Below are positions 39,621 to 53,020 of a DNA stretch of 64,000 nt, one piece after another. Position 1 is the first letter of the stretch; each line of letters begins with the position of its first letter. Position numbers and translations under genes: made by a program. The notes under the pieces are model-generated. The model had not been told where the DNA came from and made no database searches. It saw nothing but the letters and a program-made list of their open reading frames with translations. The DNA comes from Vicugna vicugna (taxonomy: Eukaryota): positions 1,984,001-2,048,000 of the forward strand of contig MU058718.1 of the NCBI GenBank assembly GCA_013265495.1, given 5' to 3'.

Positions 39621-40919
39621 TTAAGTGTCTCCAATTCCCACCTCTTCTAGTGAACTTTCCGCATTGTTCTAATAATCATTTATTTTAGCCAAAGGAGACA
39701 GACAAGCCTGTGGCATTGTTTTTCCATCAGTGGTGATGAGTAACTATGCCCACTTCACTCTCTCATCTGGCATATAGTTCAAGATTTCTTAACCAGGGGC
39801 TTCAAACACCCAATTGTTTTTAAAACAGTTGTTTATCACTTATAAACTACTCACTTCTCATCATGATTCACAATTGAAAGGTATTTTGATATAAAAAGCC
39901 ATCTTAGTTTATTGTCAATGTTTCTCTGTTGATCTATTCTTAGAGATCTACAAGGTGTGTTTACAGGCGGCCTGTTCATTTTTCAAGTCTGAAAAACACA
40001 GTTCTGCATAGCTGGCTGAGATATTTATAACCCTGTCAGTTCTTCTCTATAAAAACCTAAGTGACCAGGACAGAAGAGAGCCCACAACACCGGCCTCATT
40101 ATCACTGCGGTATTTACGGGGTACTACGCACAACCACCTTTGGGTACTTTAGGAGTCCTTGTTAACAAAACTGACACCTGAATGAAGTATGTCTTACAGG
40201 ACAGTGCTTCTTAGTTCAGAAATTCGAGATGTTTAGGAACAGATATGTTTAAGAAATCTGATTATCAACATTCTAATCTCAACCAACCCAATCAACCACA
40301 AAACAGGATGTCGTCATGCAAATGAGAATTACACCACCATATTACGTGAAAATCTGGGCAAGCGGGGAAAGGCTGGAGACAGCCTTTGCAGAGTTACAAA
40401 TACAAGTTTAACCACCTGAGTGTGAGCCCCGCACAGGGTTGGGCTCTGGGCGTCCCTGTTACCTGCACTGAGGGCATCTCAGGTGACCACCGCTGAAGTG
40501 GAAGCGCACTTCCCTCCCTTCCTCTCTATCCCTGGCAGCCAACGACAGAATTCAAGCCATTCAGCTGACAAGAGGCTGGCAGGGGGTGGTGAGTGAAGCA
40601 CAAGTCAGGTGCTGCACCAAACTAGCTAACTCACTCACCCACCTGTCCCCCCATCACACACAAGAAGTGGCCCCACTGTCCCTGATGAGTGTCCCCGATG
40701 GGGATGATGCCTCAACCAACTAAATCCCTCTTTGCATCCATCTTGTTTTTTGTTTTTATTTTTCTCTTGAGATTCCTGCTTCATTCCTTTTCTCCAAAAT
40801 GTACAGGTTCTCTCCTCTGTGATCTTTAAAATCCGAGACTATTTCCCACCTCCAATCCAATTTTCCCTTGCTCAGTAATGAAGTAGGGGGGTCATTCCTA
40901 ACGCAGTATGCACTCAGTC

Positions 40920-41740
40920 GATCGGTATTTACTGAGTTCATACTGTGTGCCAGACACTGTGACCAAGAGAGGCTTACTTCCTTTGTAAGGGTGGTGCTGG
41001 ACCCAAAGAGTAAACAGACAAATTAAACAATTACATATTAGCACCATGAAGGAAATACATAACCATGGGAAGTGGAGCACTGATTGGATGGCCAAGGGAA
41101 ATTTCTCTGAGGTGGCTGAGAGCTGAAAGATGAGAAGGAGCTAGGTAAGCAAGGGATCTGGAGGAGAACGTTCCAAGCAGGAACAACCTGTCTGAAGGTG
41201 AGGCAGATCTCCACTTGGGAGGGAAGCTGAGAAGTAAGGTTTGGCTGGAGCACAGTGAGAGAGAGGAACATGACACAAGGTGAGGACGTATTAGACAGGA
41301 AGGGTCCAGCTCTCCGCAGGCCTTATGCACCAAGACACAGTCTGACTTTCAAGAGCCATGGGACGCCATCAGAGTGGGTTTTCCAGGGAGGGGAACAGCA
41401 GGATCTAATTTGTTTTAAAAGGATTACCATTGCAGCTGTGGAGAATGGCTTGCAAGGGGACAAAAACGTAGCCTGACAGAACAGCCAGGTACACTGCTTT
41501 TTAACACTGATGTGCATACAAATAACCTGGAGACCTGTTTCTGGCATGGCGGTCTGAGATCCTGCGTTTCTCTTAAGCTCCCAGATGATGCTGATGCTGC
41601 TGGTCTATGAACCACACTTTAAGTATGAAGTTAAATCGCAGGGAGACTGCGCAGTATACAGGTGGGAGATGACAGTGATTAGGCACAGGCTCGTGGCAAC
41701 AAAGATGGAGAAAAGTAGGCGTATCCAAAACATAGTTCAT
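40920..41740 (-). mobile_element. L2 3' region with a nested MER5A (~41491-41625)
   Basis: tatttactgagttcatactgtgtgccagacactgt (L2 end); cagatgatgctgatgctgctggtc...accacacttt (MER5A reverse). Confidence 0.7.
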
Positions 41741-42028
41741 GCTGGACTGGGGAGAAGGAACAGCAAGGTGGGTTGGAACCTTCTCCCTCCAACTTTGCTG
41801 GATTTTAGATGAAAAGCTCTCACCAGGACTGCACGGAAGTCTCATCCAGATGCAAGAGAAGCCCCTGGACCTTGCCGTGCCAAAGAAGCCCTTCTTCTCC
41901 CCTAAACACGCACTTCAGCATCTCCTCCCACTGATGATGACTGGCATTGGCATTTCCAATCACTCTTCCAGGTTCCTGGGATTCCCGTCCCTCTCTAGTG
42001 GAAAGTATGAAATTAATGATAATCATCA

Positions 42029-42212
42029 CAGTTCTTCTCAAAAGGTGGTCCCCGAACCAGCAGCATGAGCTTCAAGTGGGACTTTGTTAGAAATGGAAGT
42101 CCCTGGACTCCACCTTATACCTACTGAATCAGAGAAACCTGAAAATGGATTCCAGGAATCTGTGTTCCAACAGACCCTCCAGCTAATTCTCAGTCAAGTT
42201 TAAGAACTGCTG
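42029..42212 (+). mobile_element. MER5A (hAT-Charlie) MITE
   Basis: cagttcttctcaaaaggtggtccccgaaccagcagcat...ttgttagaaatg...cctactgaatcaga...tttaagaactgctg. Confidence 0.85.
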
Positions 42213-44010
42213 AATTAGAAAACACTAGTGAGTATATTAGTGGACATTCACATCATGGATCCAGGATCGTTCTGAGTGAATCTTTTGGGAAGATAAGATA
42301 AAGAAGATAGTATAACCTTAACCAAACAAATTAGAACGCTGGGAAAACACAACAACAGGTTATCAGAACCTCTTAGATCAGGTGCGTGGGCAGCTTCCAC
42401 TGTTACAGGTGCCCTTTTTGGGTGCTACTACTATGACAAGAAGCATGGAGAAAAGTAGAAAAGAAAAAGAAAACCCTATCTTCTTCCCTTTAAAATATAT
42501 TGTTTAAAAATAAAATCTATTAATATGTTTTAATAGATAAAGTAGGAAAACATCTCAATAGGTACTAGTAGCTTCTGCTTCAAAAATAATCTTAATAAAT
42601 TAGAGATGAAAACACATTAACTTGCTAAAGAACCTTTATATTCCTTCAATCACTGACATTGTGCTTAAAGGTAGAATGTTAGAAGCAGTATTATTATAGC
42701 AAGATGCTATATCCATTACTATCATGAATAGTAAACATTGTTCTATAAATTCTAACCAATGTACAATGGAAATAAAATAGAAAAGAAATGTGGAAATTTT
42801 TTCAAAAATAAATTGCTTAATAATTTTCAGCTTACATGGATATTTGATATTTGCTCTTGTCTTGGTGCCTCTCCTTTCTCCGAGGCACAATTATGAATCA
42901 GGGGTATCAGGATGGAGGAATATGAGGATAACCTACGACGCTTTCTCAAAATATGTATCTACCCCCTCCCCTGAGATGCAGATACAGGAGTGTGAGTGGA
43001 CTAGCATGTACATCTGGAGAGATCTTCTCTGTGATTCTAATCTAATCACCCTTGCCTCTCCCCACATTCCCCAACCAGCTATCTCAGCCTCTTGTCCATG
43101 CAGGAGGAAGTATCGGGCTCACCAAATGCCTCTTTTATTTTCCAGTATCTGCTAACCTGCACTTGGTATGGCTGAGCACCATGCTATGAGATATGGTCTC
43201 TGCCCTGAAGGGTGTAACATTCTGGATAAAAGAAACAACCAGCGAAAAGCAGCAGACGAAATGTCATCAAGCGCTATATTCTGTGATGGAGACTTGGAGA
43301 CTACAAAATTTGAGAACAAGATCTTGGTTTCCCACTCATTTCCACAACGTTATCTTCTCATTTTGGAATACTAGGGCCTGATGGTCTAAGCGGCCAAAAG
43401 GACAAACATGCGGTCACATTCCACTCATGCATATGAACAAAAGACACAGAAGTTGCTTTATGAAACACACCTGAAAATTACAGATGTGTTAAGGCCAAAG
43501 TTTTTCTCTGAGAGAGAAAACAAGAGAAGTCTTTTGATTGAGAGCCACTGTTGAGCTCGTGTGTATTTCATGTTTCTGCATTCCTTTCTTGTCTCCTGAT
43601 TCTTAGGCATTTTGCTTCTTGTTTACTCCTTCAGCAGTGGAGAAGCAGGACAGGGAAAATAGCAAATAAATCTTAGTATCTCTTGTACTCTTTAATAATA
43701 AAGGGTCTAATGATGAGTACGTTTCTTAGTGTTGTCTAAGCTTTGTGTAGGGATATACATGTGAATTCCAAGATACACTGTTAAGTGAAAAACAAAACAA
43801 AACCCAGGGTAAGAATACTGTGTATGTATGTCATTTCTGTTAAAAGGGTGAAAAAGAATATATTTATGCATGAATGTTTTGGGATACACAAGATGTTAAT
43901 TAATTTCTTGTGTAACATTAGTTGCTCCTGAAAAGAGGAACTGAGTGACTGGTGGACAGGGTGAAAAAAGCATTTTCCCTGGATACCTTTTTATTATTTT
44001 TTTAGTTTTG

Positions 44011-44138
44011 AACCATGTGTTTATATGACCTACTTTTAAAAAATAAATAGCCTTTTTAAAGAGTACTGGTTAAAACCATGTGTTCGTATGACCTACTTAG
44101 AAAAAATAAATAACCTTTTTTTTAAGAGTACTGGCTAA
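44011..44138. repeat. ~64-bp tandem duplication at an old L1 3' terminus
   Basis: aaccatgtgtt..tatgacctactt..aaaaaataaata.ccttttt..aagagtactgg.taa occurs twice (44011-44073, 44074-44138). Confidence 0.9.
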
Positions 44139-44959
44139 GAGGAGATTTGGGAATCTCAATCCTTTCTTCTAAGAGGCTTCATGGTATAATAGAAAGAGTA
44201 TTGTTTTGGGGTGAAAAAAAAAAAGGACCTAGTTCTGAAACCTACTCTGCTACTTACTAGTTTTGTTACCTTGGCCAAGTTCCTTAAGTTGGCTGAATCT
44301 CCATTTGCACATTAATAAAATCAGTATAACAAAAGCTACTTTGTGAGGATTAGACATTATATAAAACTGCCCTGTGCTTACTAAATGGTAGCTATTATTC
44401 TGTGGATTTCAACTATCCCTGCTATTCATTTCCATCAACTATGTGCTGGATGTTGATTAAAGGGAACCTGCGGTATGAATGAGGTCTAAGAGAGCCTTAG
44501 TGTACAGGTATCAACTAAATACCTGTGGGAGAAAACCAGTCTTTTAAAAATTGTATTCAGGTGATTTTGGGGTCTTTGGGTGTCCAAGAGCTTTTTAAGG
44601 AAGATCCCAAGAGATCAAGTAATCAGTGGCATTTAATGATGGCCAACTCCATAGTGCGATTTCATGCTGTTTCTCCCTCCTTCCCTGCTTCTCCTATTCC
44701 TGTTTCTTGGAACTGCTCGCCCTAAAAAAGGGATAGCACATAAGCCTTTTGCCTCAGGCTGTGTGTACTTGCTGGGGAAACCCAAGCTAAGACTGGGGCC
44801 TGCCCAACACTACTGGAGAGAGCCTGCGACTGGGCAGCAGGTACTGTTGGTGTCCTGCCCACATGCCCTCAGGCCTTAATACTAATGTGGCTTGCTGTCC
44901 TGACTGCCAGCTTTGGCATCTCTTGCTCCGTCAGGAGCTTTCTTTGCCACCCCCAATCA

Positions 44960-47900
44960 GTATTTTCTCCCACTATCTGGGATGTCCTTAAGTTTTCTTC
45001 ATGATACAGTTTGCCCCACAAAAGTTTTAAATTTTGATGAAGTCCAGTTTACCAATTTTTTTTTTAAAATCACTTGTCTTGTTGGTATTGTGCCTAAGAA
45101 ATCATTGCCTAGCCCAAGGTCACTAAGATTGAATCCTCTGTTTTATTCTAGTTGTTTTATAGTTTCTTCACATTTAGATGTGGATCTATTTCTGATTAAT
45201 TTTTGTTTATGGTTGAGTTATAGGTCCAATTTTATTCTTTCACCAGTTGTCCCAACACCATTTATTAAAAAGATAATTTTCCCCCATTGAATTCCCTTGG
45301 TATCCATGTGGAAAATCAGCTGACCATAAATGTGAGAGTTCATTTCTGGATTCTCCATTTTTTCCTATTGATCTAGCTGTATGCCAATACCACACTGTCG
45401 TGGTTACCGTAGTTTTGTAGCAGGGTGTAATTGAGAAATGTAAATTTGGTTTTCTTTTTCAAGACTGTCTTGACTGTCATCTTCGCTTTTTGCAATTAAG
45501 AAATCCATTTGGAAGCCAAAGCCATAAACTATTTCTCTATATGGTTTTCTAAAGTTTCATCATTCGTCCTTCTCAGTTAGACCTTTGATTCATTTGGGAC
45601 TTATTTTAGTGCATGGTGGGAGGGAGAGGTCTAATGTCATGCCTTTAAATTGTATTACACTTTTTTTCTTTTTAAGTCCATTCTTTCTTCAACTGATAGG
45701 CAAAACAAGCCTGTTACAAATCAATTTTACATTTAGGTAGGGCTGTGTCTGGGTGTCCTATTTTGTTCCACTGGGCATTTTTTTCTCTCCGTGAACCAGC
45801 ACCACACTTCCTTAATTACTACAGCTTTTTAATAAGGCAATATATAAGGCAAATCTCCCCATCTTGTTCTTCTTCATGAGCATATTTTTTGGCTCTAACA
45901 TATACATCATAGATACAGCTTGACAAGTTACACACAAATTTCATTTGGATTTTAATTGGAACTGCATTGAATCTATAATGAATTTGGGAAGAACTGATTA
46001 AAAAAACAAAATTGAGTCTTCTACTCAGTAAACATGATATATCTCTTTATTTACTTAGATTGGGCACAGTGTTGCAGAGTTCCAGGAATGTCTTTCTCAT
46101 CCTGAGATCCACTTAGATCTTCTCCTCTTTTTGCCACCTACTTTGTTCCTGAGCTTAAAGAGAATGCTTCCAACATTCAAATTAAGAATACTGTGGGGGC
46201 AGGAGAATAGCTCAGTGGCAGATGCATGCTTAGCATGCATGAGGTCCTGCGGTTCAATCCCTACTACCTCCATTAAAAGAAAAAAGAAAAAAAAAAGTTA
46301 AACATATACTTGCCATATAACACAGCAACCCTACTCCTGAGTAATTACCCTACAAAAATAAAATCTTATTTTAAAAAAAAGAAAACTGTTAGCTGCTGCA
46401 TTTGGTAGATAACCTTTATCTGGTTAGAAAGTCCCTTTTTAGTCCTTTTTTGTAAAGAAGAGCTTTTTTTAAAAAAAAAATCATAAATGTGTTGAATTTT
46501 ATCATACGTTTTGTTTCTAGTATTAAACGATTCCTAGATTTGTGAGATATACCCATCCTGATAATGATATACTGTCTCTCTTATATACTGTCAGATTCCA
46601 TTTTCCAACTGAACTTAGGGTTTTCAGTTTTCACTACTAAGATCTTCACTCTGGTCATGACAGGTGCCCTACTGTCTTAGGTTACCCTGACATATTGATG
46701 TCAAGGTTAAACAAATTTCGTAAAAAGAGTTGGGGAATTAATCTCTTTTTTATTTTAATCTCCTTTTTTACTCTCTGATATAGTCTGTACAATATTTGAA
46801 TTGGATGTGTTGCGACTGGTAGAACTCTGGATTTGAAGTTCGCTCTGCAGGAAGTTTTTAATTTACTGACTATTTCATGGCTGTAGAACTACTTTTTCAG
46901 AGATTCAGTTTCTCCTTGAGATAGCTGTGGAAGTTAAATTTTCTAAGGTTGTCAATTTTAATCTAATTTTCAAAGTTTTTAGCATAAATTTATTTATAAT
47001 ATCTTATCTCTTTAATGTTGGACATATTTCTAAGTTCCCCTTTTCATTCCTGTTATTGATTACTTGTGCATTCTCTTTTTTTCTTGATGAACCTCCCTAG
47101 AAGATTACTGTTTTTATTACTCTTTTACATTGGTCTTGTATAAATCTGTTTACTATGTTATTCTTTTCTTATTATTACTGTCTCCTTCCATATATCTTGT
47201 TTATTCTGCTGTTTTTCTAGTTTCCTAAAATTTATGCTTTGAACATTAATTTCTAGCCTTTTTTTCATTTCTAACAAGCATTTAAGACAGTAATTTTCCT
47301 GGGCAGCTCTGTTTGGCTGTAGTTTTTCAGTTACAGAATTTCCACTTAGTTCTGTTTTTCTAGTTTCCATTTCTCTGCTAAGATTTCCTATCTGTTCACT
47401 CACACTTTTAATGGAAAACTCCATCTTTTGCTTTAAATCTTTGAACATATTTATAACAGCTGCTTTAAAGTCCATGTCTACTTACTCCAACATCTAGGAT
47501 CATTTCTGTTTCTACTCACTGTTTTGTCTCTTGATTAAGGGTCCTGCTTCTTGAGTTCCTCATCTAGAAATTTCTTACTATTAGACAATTTTGGCTGCTA
47601 CATTGTGAAGAAATGGACAATACTATCTTTCTTTAAAGTGTGTTCAGATTTTTCTTGGCAGGTTATTGATTATACTGATATGCCTTGACCCTCTTTTGGT
47701 TTTGTCCTTATTTTAGGTCATGGATCTTACCAGAGTTCCAATTGAATGCCCCAGGTATTCAGTAAGATCTCTCCAGTCTGAATTGATTAGAATTCCACAA
47801 CCTTCCAGTACTAATATTTATGTTAAGGTCTCAGCCCCCTAATAGTCACTACTGGTCGGCATCACATGGTCTTGACTTGCATATGTGCGGTAAGAACTTA

Positions 47901-48360
47901 GCCATAGTCCTGAAGATAACCTCCCGTGAGATTCCCCTCTCCACAGCTCCGTCATTTTGGGTACACTGACCCACAAACTGCAGCCACCTTAGCAACCCAA
48001 ACTCTCATTTCTGCCTCTTCTACTTAGCAATACTGCTGCTCTGCACTTGGGTCCACCCCTCTGCACCACACACCAAAAAGTGTCCCATTGAGAATGGCAA
48101 GGCAAATGTAAAGATCACATCAACAATGTTTCCTTGGTGTTAAGGATCACCATCCTGTGCTGTTGTCCACTGCCTGAAAATGGCTGCTCTGTATATCCTG
48201 CTACTCTTATAGTTGTTTATGGAATGGGACTAAGCCCCAAATCAATACCTCCATCATGTCCAGAAGCAGCAATCGCCATCATTTTTTAATATGCAGTGTT
48301 TTTATCATTGAACTTATAGATTTTCAAATTCCCATTATTTTCTAAGTGGTTCAAGAGTAT
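44960..48360 (-). mobile_element. Old L1 fragments (ORF1/ORF2) in reverse
   Basis: ttttaaattttgatgaagtccagttta, tttccccattgaatt; minus ORF 47158-47475 DFKAAVINMFKDLKQKM resembles ORF1 of old L1s. Confidence 0.8.
46195..46378 (+). mobile_element. tRNA-Ala-derived SINE with a 3'-transduced L1 fragment
   Basis: SINE body 46195-46272, A-tail to 46296, L1-like 46297-46372, second A-tail; TSD aagaatactgt (46184-46194) / aagaaaactgt (46379-46389). Confidence 0.85.
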
Positions 48361-48469
48361 GCTTCTTGGTCTCCAAACATGAACTTTTCATAATCTGTAC
48401 CCTGAGATTTTTGTATTCTAAATGACTTACTGTGGATGCTATGTGCTGGTCAACTATGATTCATGACCC

Positions 48470-49440
48470 TCCTTCCCAAACCTTTTCTTCTTACAGTGTT
48501 CCTCACTTAAATAAATGACATCCACCCATTCACTTAAGCCAGAAATCTGGAAGTCATCCTTGATTCATCCTTTCCTCACAATCAAACCCTACTGATTCTG
48601 TCTCTTATATATCTGTTGAGTTCGTCCACTTTTTCTTCCTCTTCCCTGTCAACATCCTAATTCATTTCCTCCAATTGCTTCCTAACTGGTTTCTCTACAT
48701 TATTTGTGCACCATCCTCTCCTCCATTCTGCACATAATGCCTAGAACGATCTTTTTTTTTGAATTTTTATTTTAGGGGAAGGTAATTAAGTTTGTTTATT
48801 TATTGTTTTTTTTTTTTTAAACAGAGGTACTGGGGATTGAACCCAGGACCTCATGCATTCTAAGCATGTGCTCTACCACTGAGCTACACCCTCCCCTCTA
48901 GAATGAGCTCTTAAAAATGCAAGTGACTATGTCACTTCCCTGCTTAAATATATAAAACAAAAAAACTTCAGTGGCTTCTCCCCCATTACTCTCAGAACAG
49001 AGACCAAACCTTGTATAAAGCCTCCGAACTCTGGTTCCTGTCTCTCTACACTGCAGCCCTGCTGGCTTTCCTTTCTAAATCAGTTCAGTGCTGGTTCCTC
49101 TGCCTAAACCACTTTCCCTTCTATTCTTTGCCTAGCCAGCTCCGCCTTATTTTTCTTGTTTTAGCCTTGATATCCCTAAAATCCGTTCTGACCCTTCAAA
49201 TAGGTTACAGAACCCCCTGTTGAAAGCTCTCACTACATCCTGCACTACTTCCGCGTAATCTCAGTGCACTTGTAAATACCTGTATCATGTTGGTCTCCCC
49301 TGCTCGATTATTAGTTCCATGAGGGCTGGACCTATGTCTATCTTATTCCTCCTTGGATCTCCAGTCCTTAGCACATGGTAGGATCTTAATATCTGGCAAA
49401 TGGTCAACACACGAAAGAATAAATGAATGAATGATAATTG
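48470..49440 (+). mobile_element. L2 3' region
   Basis: aagccagaaatctggaagtcatccttgattc...ttccatgagggc...cttagcacatggtagg...aaatgaatgaatg. Confidence 0.75.
48752..48896 (-). mobile_element. tRNA-Ala-derived SINE
   Basis: gaggtactggggattgaacccaggacctcatgcattctaagcatgtgctctaccactgagctacaccctcccc preceded by a T-rich tail; flanked by ctagaac/ctagaat. Confidence 0.92.
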
Positions 49441-51708
49441 AATAGAGAATCTGTGATATGATTGAGGAGCGAAGAGCACAGGTCTAGTCCTCAGGTAGAA
49501 ATCTAAGGAAATCCTCCTTCAGAGGAGGATTAGCAATTAACATAGGGAACAGTCTTTTCAAGGGCCACTTGAATGGTTTTTATTATTCTTTTTCTTCCCC
49601 CCTATGTTTGGGTTCTGCTTGGAAGAATTACGCTTAAGATTTCAGTACTCTCAAATGACATGAGTGAACATGCAGGAGAGAGATCATCTGTGTCTCCATT
49701 TTTCAGATGAGGAAACTGAAGTTCACAGATCAAAATTACTGTTTATGGTCTCAAAGCAGTCTTGTGACCTTTGAATTATGATGATGCTATCTGTTTCCTC
49801 TATTTGACACTGAGGTATAGCCACTATTCCAAACTGTTTTTATGATTAACCAAGGCCTGTGATTAGACAGTGATACTACAAAAATTAATCATTCCGAATC
49901 CTAAAGATGTTTCCACCTGAATGTCAGTAGAATGCAGTAATCCCTCCTTCCTGAGGTAATGACACTGTTCTCAAAACAGAGATTTTGCCTCATCAAATAC
50001 ATCGTAACTAGGGTGGATTATGAAAACAGAACTTTGTATGCATCAGACTTCCAAGTTATCTGTGTCATGGAAGTACAATTCTCCCTAAATTTGTAATTCT
50101 TTTTTCTTTGGCCACAGCTCTTCCAACACAGCTTCCCAGTGGGGTCATGCTTTCCTTTAAATGTTATGTTCCAGTTGTGTGACTAACACTGACAAATCTG
50201 TCTTTGACAAGTCTTCCTCATTGCTTGACCAAGCCTGTCACCACTTTCCCTAAACAGGGGTGGTTCTATGGGAGTGACCCCTCAGAGACACTCCTCACGG
50301 GGGTCTGGGTGTGGCCTCACAAACCAGCCAGAGAAGTCGGACAGAGTCCAGTAAACTCTTTGGGCTGAACCAGGCTGATTTTTTCTTTTTTGCTTCAATT
50401 ATAATCATCTAATTGTTGGGACTCTTGGTCATTTTAAGGAAAATCTGACATAATTTACTCAAAATGTTTGTTCCATGTAGCCCAGTTCTATGGCAACAGA
50501 AAATGAATCACTGAAAGAACAAAATTTTTAGTGGAAGAATCATGATAACCATGTGATTAAGAAAGGTCTCTATTCAAAACTGTACCTCATATTTGGCCTA
50601 TTACTTAAAAAAGAATACCTAAAGGGTTTTTGAGCCAGCTCTCTAACGCTCCAAACTTTTAAATTGCTTGTGGATATAATATTTTGCGCAGTTTACTTTT
50701 TTCTTTCTTTTACATTCTCAACACAGCAAAATGCTGTAAAAATGACGAGGGACTGATATATCTAATAAAGTCAAAGTCATCACTAAGTTTTATTTCTCAG
50801 TCTACAATGCTTATAGAGAATTTACAATATGTCTAATCACTTTAAAGGAAGGAGAGAAAAAGGTGGATCAAAAGGTAAGACATGATTAACAGGTTAGTAA
50901 ATAATTGGAAAAATAAGACTAACATACACGATTATGCGATGATAAACAGCAACATGTAATCAAATGCTAAACTGTACAGTAGCAGCCTGGGTTAGTGGGG
51001 ATGCAGAGAAATAAACTACTTAAAACATAGTTTCTGAGGAGGTAAATTGATCATTTTTTTTTTTTTTTAGAAAATTGAGAATATCTATTGTATTTTCTAT
51101 CACAATTTTTGTTTTCCAAAATGCAGAGATAAAATTTGGATGCCAGTTTTACAACCAGGGCTACATTTTGTTTTTAATTTTTTCAATGGAAAATTTTAAA
51201 CATACACAAAAACAGAAAAATGCATCTTTGTGTGCACATCACCAAACCCACAGTGATCATTTTATTTCCTTGGGGCACTCATCCTTTAGAAATACTCACA
51301 GCCTCACTTCCTCATACCTTCCACAATTTAACTCAAACTACCTCACAGGGGCCTTTCATGACCATTCTATTTAAAACTATATTCCCCAAACTCCCTCTAC
51401 GTTTTCCTTATTTCTCATTGTCACATTTACTACTTTCTAACATGTTATACGTTTAAAATATTTAATTTCCTATCTGTTTTTAATTCATTAAACTATATGA
51501 AGGCAGGGATTATCAAATGTTTTCTTCGGTGGTAGATCCCACCACCCAGAACAATGCCTGCCATGCAGAAGGGCTGGAAAAAATAGTCAATGAATGAAAG
51601 AATATGTACTGATATGGAGAGACATCCATGATATATTAAATTAAAAAAAACTGAAAAATAGCAACACAGTTTGAATAATATTATACCATGCTGGGGTGGG
51701 GAGTGGAT

Positions 51709-51975
51709 TGTGACAGAGGTAGTAGCACTCACCAGTCTTCAGCCCACACCCCACCTCTCCCAGCTTACTTGCCATTGGGCAGGGCTCTCGTTACTAGCTG
51801 TGGCCAATAAAGTGTAATTGGAAGCGGAGTCTGTGAATTACGGGCTGAGGCAATAAAAAGTCCCTGTGTGGTTTTACAGTTTCTTTTCACTGCTGTGGTG
51901 ACTCAGGGAGCCTTGTATTCCACGGCGTGACCATGACATGGCAGAATCTCCAGGACCTTGGGTCCCTGAGTGACT
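51709..51975 (+). mobile_element. MLT1 (MaLR) LTR fragment
   Basis: tgtgacagaggta...actagctgtggccaat...gggtccctgagtgact. Confidence 0.6.
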
Positions 51976-52163
51976 TACTACATGCCAGGAGCTATGCTGA
52001 ACACTTCACATATTATCTTGTTAAACCCTCACAAACCCCTGTAAGCCAGTACTGTTGAGAGAGGAAACTGAGGCAGCATGAGGCTCAATAACTTGTCCAA
52101 GGCTGCCAACTAAATGAAAAAGCTGGATGTTTTTGTTGAAACATTTGTTTGAAAAAGCTTAAA

Positions 52164-52545
52164 GTTACTGGAAAAGGGAAATAAGAATTAACTCGGTTCT
52201 TAGTCATCCGAAAAAAAAGATTTTTGACGAGAGACAGAAAGTGTGATATAAGCAAGATTTTTATTAGTGAAGTAAAAAAAGTAAAAGATAGTACACTCTT
52301 GAGAACTGAGAGCAGACCAATCCAGGCGAGGAAAAATGGCACTGCTCTCTCCTTCCTCCTGTTTTTATATCCTGGATTTGTGATTGATTAATTGATTGAT
52401 TAACTGATTGATTAACTGATTGATTTCCTGCGCTCTGGTTAATTGACAGCGCGGTTTCCTTGTGGTCTGGGTTGTTCCATTCCCCTTCCTCTCCCCCCCC
52501 CCCCAGTGCTCATTTCTGTCTAAATTACTTAACATTCCCCCCTCT
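52164..52545 (-). mobile_element. ERV LTR with adjacent polypurine tract
   Basis: On the minus strand: AGAGGGGGGAA (52535-52545), then TGTTAAG..., a 12-bp U3 repeat array, TATAAAAA (52362-52369), AATAAA (52260-52265), ending ...ttttccagtaac. Confidence 0.75.
52381..52425. repeat. 12-bp tandem repeat TGATTGATTAAY x3.75
   Basis: tgattgattaat tgattgattaac tgattgattaac tgattgatt. Confidence 0.95.
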
Positions 52546-53020
52546 AGTCATGGACATAGAACCCAGGCAGTTTGGAGAAAGAGCTACCAAGCTGTTAACA
52601 ATAGTCGTCCCTAAGGACAGGGGTAAGGGTTCTTATCCTTCTTTGTTCTGTGTTTCTATAATGTTGCAAATTCTAAAATAATCATTCATTACCTATGCAG
52701 TAAGCAATAAACAAATAGATAAATTACGTATTAGTTACTTAAAGACTATGAATTCAGAGATGGAAGTTAAATGACCACCGGGGCTTGGTGGAATTAAGAA
52801 ATATCTAAAAATGGCCCTCTACCATCTATAGGCATACCTGGTTTAACAAGTGAATTCCAGCAAAAAAGTGAATCATATTCCATAATAAAATTGGACTCAT
52901 TTCCTGGGAGAAAAATGTCGATATAAATTTTAACTTTTGGCAAGAAAGGAATTCATAAAATGGCCATGTCCACAGCCATGAATGTGGTAGTTCTGGGGAT
53001 GTTTGCATGTTTTCCATACA

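Noticed and set aside
40682..40712. CTGATGA followed by a small stem, resembling a hammerhead ribozyme core
   Set aside because: No GAAA after stem II and no closing stems I/III.
52381..52425. Short repeat arrays (here and 21851-21906, 32683-32716) as CRISPR-like
   Set aside because: Head-to-tail repeats with no spacers, in eukaryotic DNA with no cas genes.
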